Notes under the pieces: generated by a model
Seen by the model: only the letters and a program-made list of their open reading frames with translations
What the model was told of the DNA's origin: nothing
Database searches by the model: none
Position numbers and translations under genes: made by a program
Assembly: GCA_016210045.1 (NCBI GenBank)
Contig: JACQUX010000041.1
Location: 72,789 to 136,788, forward strand
Origin: Deltaproteobacteria bacterium
GTDB taxonomy: Bacteria; UBA10199; GCA-002796325; JACPFF01
DNA: 64,000 nt
Direction: 5' to 3'
Shown here: positions 56,930 through 64,000 of the stretch, piece after piece
How the letters are laid out: each line of letters begins with the position of its first letter
How positions within the stretch are numbered: position 1 is the first letter of the stretch

Positions 56930-58438
56930 ATGGAAATTCGGGCTGAAGAAATCAGTCAAATTATTCGCCGTCAAATCGAGAACTACGGCAAGACCGTAGC
57001 GAGCGAGGAAGTCGGGGAAATTATTTATGTCGGAGATGGTATTGCGCGACTCCATGGCCTGGAGAAGGCGATGGCAGGAGAACTGCTCGATTTTCCGCAT
57101 GGGATCCGTGGTGTGGTGTTGAACCTCGAAGAAGACAACGTCGGCGCTGCGATCATGGGCGAAGATGTTGAACTCCGCGAAGGCGATGTCGTGCGCCGGA
57201 CGGGCCGCATTGCGGAAGTTCCGGTCGGTGAAGCGGTGGTGGGTCGTGTAGTCGATGCCCTCGGAGAACCGGTAGATGGCTTAGGCGAACTGCGTACGAC
57301 GGAACGGCGGCAAATCGAATTGAAGGCGCCGGGGATTGTCGCACGCCGCAGCGTCTGTGAGCCGTTGCAAACGGGCTTGAAGGCAATCGATGCGATGACG
57401 CCGATCGGGCGTGGACAGCGCGAATTAATTATCGGCGATCGTCAGACCGGCAAAACGGCCATTGCGATCGATACGATTATTAATCAGCGCGGTTTGGGCG
57501 TGTATTGTTTCTACGTTGCAGTAGGGCAGAAGGCCTCAACGGTCGCTCGCGTAGTCGATAAACTGAAGAGTGCTGGGGCGATGGAATACACGACGGTGAT
57601 TGTCGCGAGTGCCTCCGACCCGGCTCCGTTGCAGTTTTTGGCACCGTATAGCGGTTGTGCGATGGCCGAATATTTTCGTGATTCCGGGCGGCACGCATTG
57701 ATTATCTACGATGATCTTTCGAAGCACGCGGTCGCATATCGACAACTGTCTTTATTGCTCCGTCGTCCGCCGGGACGCGAGGCATTTCCTGGAGACGTTT
57801 TTTATCTCCACTCGCGGTTGTTGGAACGCGCGGCGAAGCTAAGCGACCAAAAAGGGGGCGGATCTCTGACGGCGTTGCCGATCATTGAAACGCAGGCGAG
57901 TGACGTGACCGCCTATATTCCGACGAATGTCATTTCCATCACTGACGGTCAAATTTATCTCGAAGCGGATCTTTTTTATTCCGGCGTGCGTCCGGCCATT
58001 AACGTTGGGCTCTCGGTGTCGCGCGTCGGCGGGGCGGCACAAATTAAGGCCATGAAGCAAGTTGCCGGAACGATGCGGCTGGAGCTGGCGCAATATCGTG
58101 AATTGGCGGCCTTTGCTCAATTCGGCTCAGATCTCGATGCCGCGACGCGCCGACAACTCGACCGTGGCGCACGGCTGGTAGAACTGTTGAAGCAGAATCA
58201 GTATGTCCCAATGTCTGTCGAAATGCAGGTCGTGGAAATTTACGCGGGCACGAGCGGCGTGCTCGATGACGTGCCGGTCCCTCATGTGCGCCGTTTCTTG
58301 GAAGAGCTCAATAAATTTGTCACGAATCGTCATTCGGTGCTGTTGCAGACGATTCGGGAGCGGAAGGCGTTAGACGATGCGTTGAAGCAGCAGATCACGA
58401 CGGTGTTGAAAGAATTTAAACACCAATTTGTACACTAA
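56930..58438 (+). CDS. atpA: F0F1 ATP synthase subunit alpha
   Basis: P-loop [15 protein letters not shown] and the alpha-subunit signature. 502 aa. Confidence 0.95.
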   Translation: MEIRAEEISQIIRRQIENYGKTVASEEVGEIIYVGDGIARLHGLEKAMAGELLDFPHGIRGVVLNLEEDNVGAAIMGEDVELREGDVVRRTGRIAEVPVGEAVVGRVVDALGEPVDGLGELRTTERRQIELKAPGIVARRSVCEPLQTGLKAIDAMTPIGRGQRELIIGDRQTGKTAIAIDTIINQRGLGVYCFYVAVGQKASTVARVVDKLKSAGAMEYTTVIVASASDPAPLQFLAPYSGCAMAEYFRDSGRHALIIYDDLSKHAVAYRQLSLLLRRPPGREAFPGDVFYLHSRLLERAAKLSDQKGGGSLTALPIIETQASDVTAYIPTNVISITDGQIYLEADLFYSGVRPAINVGLSVSRVGGAAQIKAMKQVAGTMRLELAQYRELAAFAQFGSDLDAATRRQLDRGARLVELLKQNQYVPMSVEMQVVEIYAGTSGVLDDVPVPHVRRFLEELNKFVTNRHSVLLQTIRERKALDDALKQQITTVLKEFKHQFVH

Positions 58439-58441
58439 GCC

Positions 58442-59308
58442 ATGGCGACACTGAAATCGATCCGGAAGCGCATTGCTTCCGTCAAAAATACGCAAAAAGT
58501 GACACGCGCGATGCAAATGATCGCTGCAGCACGGCTGCGTCGCGCGCAACATGCGGCGTTGAACGCTCGTGCGTATGCGAAGCATGCCTATGAAGTGGCG
58601 TTGCGGATTGCCGCCCAGTCAGGCGCTGGTGCACATCCCTATTTGCAAACGCGCAAAGACGTCCGTGTGCAGGAATTCTTGGTGTTGACCTCCGATCGTG
58701 GTCTCTGTGGCGGATTTAATGAAAATCTGGTCCGCCAGCTCATCACGGAGTGGAAGCAAGTTGAAGAGTGCGGAGTGAGGATTCACTGTACCATGATCGG
58801 TCGTAAGGGGCGGGACGCGTTGAAGGCGCGTGGACATGCGGTGCGCGAAGCGATGGTTGGGTTTTATGAGCAGATTGCGATGGCGAAAGTCTTGCCCGTC
58901 GTAGAATCGTTAGCGCAACGGTATTTGCGGGGGGAAGTGGATCATGTCGTGTTGGTTTACAACCGCTTTCGTTCCATGCTGGCCCAAGATGTCACGATCG
59001 AACCGTTGTTGCCATTAGTGTCCACAACCAAGGACCAAATTTCCGCCGTTGATTATCTTTATGAGCCGTCCAAGCCGGAAGTGGTGAGCCGGTTGTTGGA
59101 GCGTGCGGTTGCGACTCGGGTCTATCAGGCGTGTCTCGAATCCATTGCGGGCGAGTTGGCGGCGCGGATGACGGCTATGGATAGCGCCACGAAAAACGCG
59201 AAAGAAATGATTGCCGGTTTGACGATGCAACTGAATCGAGCGCGTCAAGCGTCGATTACGAGAGAGCTCTTGGATATTGTCAATGGGGCGGAAGCTTTAA
59301 AGAAGTAA
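58442..59308 (+). CDS. atpG: F0F1 ATP synthase subunit gamma
   Basis: MATLKSIRKRIASVKNTQKVTRAMQMIAAARLRRAQ…ITRELLDIVNGAEAL. Confidence 0.9.
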   Translation: MATLKSIRKRIASVKNTQKVTRAMQMIAAARLRRAQHAALNARAYAKHAYEVALRIAAQSGAGAHPYLQTRKDVRVQEFLVLTSDRGLCGGFNENLVRQLITEWKQVEECGVRIHCTMIGRKGRDALKARGHAVREAMVGFYEQIAMAKVLPVVESLAQRYLRGEVDHVVLVYNRFRSMLAQDVTIEPLLPLVSTTKDQISAVDYLYEPSKPEVVSRLLERAVATRVYQACLESIAGELAARMTAMDSATKNAKEMIAGLTMQLNRARQASITRELLDIVNGAEALKK

Positions 59309-60771
<1,463 letters not shown>

Positions 60772-60772
<1 letters not shown>

Positions 60773-61020
60773 TGAATTTGCAAATTCTCACGCCGCAAGC
60801 GGAAGTGGTGCGCACGGAAGCCTTGTCGGTTTCAGTGCCTGGTGTGTTGGGGCGGATGCAAATCTTGCCAGGGCACACCCAAATCATCAGTTTACTCAAG
60901 GCCGGCGTGCTCGCGTATGAAGATTTGAAGGGCCGCCACCAATGGCACGTGGGTGCCGGCCATATTGAAGTCGTGAAAGATCACGTTACCGTGGCAGTGG
61001 ATTCTGCGCTGGCGAGCTAG
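60772..61020 (+). CDS. atpC: F0F1 ATP synthase subunit epsilon, naturally truncated (beta-sandwich only, 82 aa)
   Basis: …QILPGHTQIISLLKAGVLAY…GHIEVVKDHVTVAVDSA. It stops where the C-terminal helical hairpin normally begins. The start overlaps the atpD stop. Confidence 0.75.
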
Positions 61021-61423
61021 GTGTTCCGTATTCGAATGGTCTGAGGATTGGTAAATCTTCAATCAACATTTGGGCCGTGACGGCATCGTTGCGGTGCTCT
61101 TCCCACACTTGTTCGGCTAACTCAAAAGCCAAGCGCACTTCCCGCAGGCAATGGTCGATGTGATCACTTAACCCCGGATCGGTGCCCGCAGCACAGTTGT
61201 GTTCCACCACAGCAAGCCCTCGCTCCAAAGCCAAACGCATATCTTGTAACGTGCTTGATTGTTGCAGAATCGTTTCCTGAATAGCTTTCGTGATGAGCGA
61301 GCGAAGTCCCTTCACGGTTTGATGGCGATCCGTCATGGAGGCGCCGAGACGATATTGTGTGATTAAGAGCGTGAGCGTGTCGAGCAAGGGGGGGAGATGG
61401 TGAATCGACATGGGGCATTTCAT
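60986..61423 (-). CDS. hypothetical helical protein (145 aa)
   Basis: Convergent with atpC and overlapping it by 35 bp. Helix-rich with His/Asp/Glu motifs (…DHIDHCLREVRLAFELAEQVWEEHRND…). No family assigned. Confidence 0.35.
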   Translation of the reverse strand: MKCPMSIHHLPPLLDTLTLLITQYRLGASMTDRHQTVKGLRSLITKAIQETILQQSSTLQDMRLALERGLAVVEHNCAAGTDPGLSDHIDHCLREVRLAFELAEQVWEEHRNDAVTAQMLIEDLPILRPFEYGTPSSPAQNPLPR

Positions 61424-61523
61424 AGCAGCTGCAGGGTATGCCTGGCAAGTGTCGATAAAATGAGATGTTATTCCGAGCTAAAGTCTTGGCGCCAGATGCC
61501 GTTATATACGTTGGAGGGATATT

Positions 61524-62744
61524 GTGTCGCAGCTTCGTATCGAAACGCCGCGGTCAGGCCATGAGCTTCTCTTAAAGGCCGCAGCCGGGTATGACGCCAA
61601 AGGCAGCAGAGGCACTGTCAACACGAAGGCCAGTGCCCAGTTGGCCTTGTTGCAGAAAGGGAGTGCCGGATTTGCCCAGTCTGGTCATGCTGTGGACTCG
61701 ACCAATATTCTCAGCCGCCAAGAAGCGGATCGATTCATCAGTCAAAATAGAGATCTGCTCTACGTAATCGATAATGATGCCTCAGGGAAAGCTAAAGAGC
61801 GTTTAGAGAAGACTGCAATTGCGACGCGTGAGAACCTGATTAACGTCGTGGCGGAGACTGCACACGCGTTGTTAACGCCAACCGCAGCTAATGTCGTGAC
61901 AGTCAAAAAATTGGAGCAGCGGCCCCAGCTGGCCGCGATGTTAGTGCTGAATACGGCTGGAATTCGGAATCTCGTGAATCATGACGATGCCGTGCGCGCG
62001 TTGTTTGCGGATGACGCACCACTACCGGATCAGGCAATGTATGAACGCGTAGGAGAGATGGCCGCCGACCTCTTTGAGTCGGGCAGTACGCTTGATGACG
62101 CAGAGTTTTTTAAGGCCCATCCAAAGGCCGCAGTGTATCTGCTCGGCAACAGCGATGTCGTCCGCGATATGAGCGTTCCCGCCTATGCGACCTCGCGTCA
62201 ACTTACTTTTTATAACGCCGTCGATAGTGATCCGTACCAAGATCTGTTTGACAATAATGTCAGTCAAGTGGCTGCGGACGCCACGCAATCGGGTGTGTTT
62301 AATCAGTCGTTCTTTGCCACGGAAGACTATGTGCCCTTTGCCGAATTTGTCGCGGCTGGGCAGTTCATTAAAGACGTTCCGACGCCTGGGGAGACGCTCC
62401 ATAATCATCCCGAATATCGGCTGCAAAACGTTGGGCGCAATGATCGGTTTAATTATTCTGACGTGGTCAAAGGCATTGTCGCGATGCAAGCGCGTGATTT
62501 GTTGGCGGCCGATCTTCCGGTGAAGGCCGATTTTTTCCGCAGCGAGTTAGAAGTCGCACAGATAGCTTTAGCGCGGGCCGATTTTCGTGCCAACCTCCAA
62601 TCTGAGTCGGCGCGGGCCGACCTGAGCGCGCTGAGCGGTTCCGGGGTGCGACCAACAGTTTCCGCAGCGACGCTCAGTGCGCTTCGTCAACAATTCCGTT
62701 CCAGTTATCGCGATCCACCGAACCGCATTTCAATTATGGTATAG
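61524..62744 (+). CDS. hypothetical protein (406 aa), lower-GC gene
   Basis: No signal peptide, no recognisable domain. The nucleotide composition is visibly more AT-rich than the neighbouring atp and SLT genes. Confidence 0.45.
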   Translation: MSQLRIETPRSGHELLLKAAAGYDAKGSRGTVNTKASAQLALLQKGSAGFAQSGHAVDSTNILSRQEADRFISQNRDLLYVIDNDASGKAKERLEKTAIATRENLINVVAETAHALLTPTAANVVTVKKLEQRPQLAAMLVLNTAGIRNLVNHDDAVRALFADDAPLPDQAMYERVGEMAADLFESGSTLDDAEFFKAHPKAAVYLLGNSDVVRDMSVPAYATSRQLTFYNAVDSDPYQDLFDNNVSQVAADATQSGVFNQSFFATEDYVPFAEFVAAGQFIKDVPTPGETLHNHPEYRLQNVGRNDRFNYSDVVKGIVAMQARDLLAADLPVKADFFRSELEVAQIALARADFRANLQSESARADLSALSGSGVRPTVSAATLSALRQQFRSSYRDPPNRISIMV

Positions 62745-62890
62745 GTCCATCTCGGAAAAAAATTCCCAGAAGCAGCGGTCAATTGAAGTACGTGCTCACG
62801 TTTCAATGGGCTGTCAAAGCATCAGTGCGTTGGAAGATATTGGTTTTTTCCCGTGGCATTGGACTTGCAAAAATACGGCTTGGAGGTCGT

Positions 62891-63565
62891 ATGCCCGTAA
62901 TGCCGGTAATGCTCACCGACGTTGACCAGCGCATTCAGAAAGCGGCTAGTGGAAGTCCCACCGTGGTCGATAATAGGTCGCGACGCAGTTTTGAATCGAT
63001 CTTACAGCGGCAACCCACTCCATTGGCTGGGGTGCTTGCCCGGCCGGTGAAATTTGTCGTGACATTGCGTGACTATCTCAAGCATCCACTGCCGACGACT
63101 CGTAGTGTTGCGCAACAGACGCCCGATCCAAAAGCCATACTGGGGAAGTGGCGTGGCTTTCAGTCATTGGCGCCGGAGCAGGCGGCGCAAGTTGAAACGG
63201 CATTGCATGAGGCGAGCGAACGTTTCCGAGTGCCGAAGCGCTTGCTCGCGGCGGTCATTCAAGCGGAGTCGGCTTTTAATCCATCCGCCATTTCGCGGGC
63301 TGGCGCAAAGGGACTGATGCAGCTGATGGATCCGACTGCCCGGGCGCTAGGCGTTCGCAATTCGTTTAACATTCGAGAGAATATTTTGGGGGGTGCCAAG
63401 TATCTGCGGCAGTTACTCGATGTGCATCGACAGAATATGCCGCTTGCAGTGGCCGCATACAATGCCGGGCCCGGTGCTGTAAGAAATTATGGTGGCATTC
63501 CCCCCTATCGAGAAACACGGGAATACGTTTCTCGAGTCATGAAATACTTCACGGCTCCAATTTAA
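62891..63565 (+). CDS. lytic transglycosylase (SLT/goose-lysozyme-like domain)
   Basis: GGAGG Shine-Dalgarno 4 nt upstream of the ATG. The catalytic region …IQAESAFNPSAISRAGAKGLMQLMDPTA…AYNAGPGAV… has the SLT E-S and AYNAG motifs. Confidence 0.7.
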   Translation: MPVMPVMLTDVDQRIQKAASGSPTVVDNRSRRSFESILQRQPTPLAGVLARPVKFVVTLRDYLKHPLPTTRSVAQQTPDPKAILGKWRGFQSLAPEQAAQVETALHEASERFRVPKRLLAAVIQAESAFNPSAISRAGAKGLMQLMDPTARALGVRNSFNIRENILGGAKYLRQLLDVHRQNMPLAVAAYNAGPGAVRNYGGIPPYRETREYVSRVMKYFTAPI

Positions 63566-63588
63566 TGATGCTATAGTCGAAGCCCAGC

Positions 63589-64000
63589 ATGAAACGAGTG
63601 ATGACGAGGGGGGTTGGGAGCGCGGCGCTCTCCGTATTGTTGGCCGTGTTCCTGCTATCGGACGTGGCGGCGGCGAAGGGGCGCCGGAAAGTTCGTGTTG
63701 CACCGTCGGCAGCGCCGCCTGTGGAAGCAGTGTCACCAGCACCTCCGGCGGAACCGATCACGCCAACGCCTCCTCCGGGGCCCTTTTCGTTGCCGACATA
63801 TGAAGTCGTTATTTCACCCATCTCTCCGACGCGTGGGAAATATTTAGAACGCCTCTTTCCGTTAGTGCATGAGGCGTTGCCGATGCTCTGGCCGGATTAT
63901 CCGTGGGACCAGCTCGAAGTGCCACCGCTCGCGACAACGCAGCCGGTGTTTAATTTTGGTGAGCAGAAACATTTCAAACGTCTCTTGGAGCTTTGGGACC
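63589..64000 (+). CDS. hypothetical secreted Pro/Ala-rich protein, 3'-partial
   Basis: MKRVMTRGVGSAALSVLLAVFLLSDVAAAKG signal peptide, then a Pro-rich linker. It runs off the window end and is not in the ORF track because no stop is reached. Confidence 0.4.
   Translation, partial: MKRVMTRGVGSAALSVLLAVFLLSDVAAAKGRRKVRVAPSAAPPVEAVSPAPPAEPITPTPPPGPFSLPTYEVVISPISPTRGKYLERLFPLVHEALPMLWPDYPWDQLEVPPLATTQPVFNFGEQKHFKRLLELWD

Overview
This is a high-GC (roughly 60%+) chromosomal window from a Gram-negative bacterium, and it covers the origin-proximal core of the chromosome. It is not an obvious mobile or defence island. Gene content and organisation suggest a delta-proteobacterial or Myxococcota-like lineage. 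The evidence for this is an atpF'FHAGDC cluster lacking atpB/atpE, a TIGR02147-family gene, a bactofilin next to parAB, and many PilZ proteins. This lineage call is an inference only.

Recognisable housekeeping blocks:
- dnaA-dnaN-recF-gyrB on the minus strand, with an AT-rich dnaN-dnaA spacer rich in DnaA boxes that is a candidate oriC.
- rpmH-rnpA-yidD-yidC.
- mnmE-mnmG.
- nuoABCDEFGH, which stops after nuoH.
- gpsA.
- rsmG-parA-parB followed by a bactofilin gene.
- An F-type ATP synthase cluster (b', b, delta, alpha, gamma, beta, and a truncated epsilon).
- pdxH, a TSUP/TauE exporter, an RluA-family pseudouridine synthase, and DMT and YdcZ-type transporters.

Several poorly characterised modules are interspersed:
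- A J-domain::PilZ fusion gene, plus two further stand-alone PilZ genes.
- A minus-strand block of alpha-oxoamine synthase, a large GNAT-like N-acyltransferase and a 266-aa unknown, divergent from a Zn-dependent dehydrogenase.
- A TIGR02147 / lipoprotein pair.
- An Rsm22-like methyltransferase.
- An orphan FlgB-like gene immediately upstream of a PilZ gene.
- A thioredoxin-like/NHL-repeat protein.
- A SAM-hydrolase (DUF62) / TIGR01777 pair downstream of a 625-aa membrane-anchored coiled-coil protein.
- A lower-GC block after atpC encoding 145-aa and 406-aa unknowns and a lytic transglycosylase.

At the DNA level there is a family of structured palindromic intergenic repeats built on CCCTCTCCC..GGGAGAGGG hairpins with a GTGAGGGGGAG core. 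Two copies are full length (about 105-115 bp) and one is partial. There is also an 8-bp tandem repeat filling the nuoA-nuoB spacer, a (TAG)5 microsatellite in the oriC candidate, and a perfect 19-bp inverted repeat upstream of the J-PilZ gene.

No rRNA, tRNA, CRISPR array, transposase or integrase could be supported from the sequence. No single cluster can be named as a novel system with confidence. The candidates most worth follow-up are listed in the findings.
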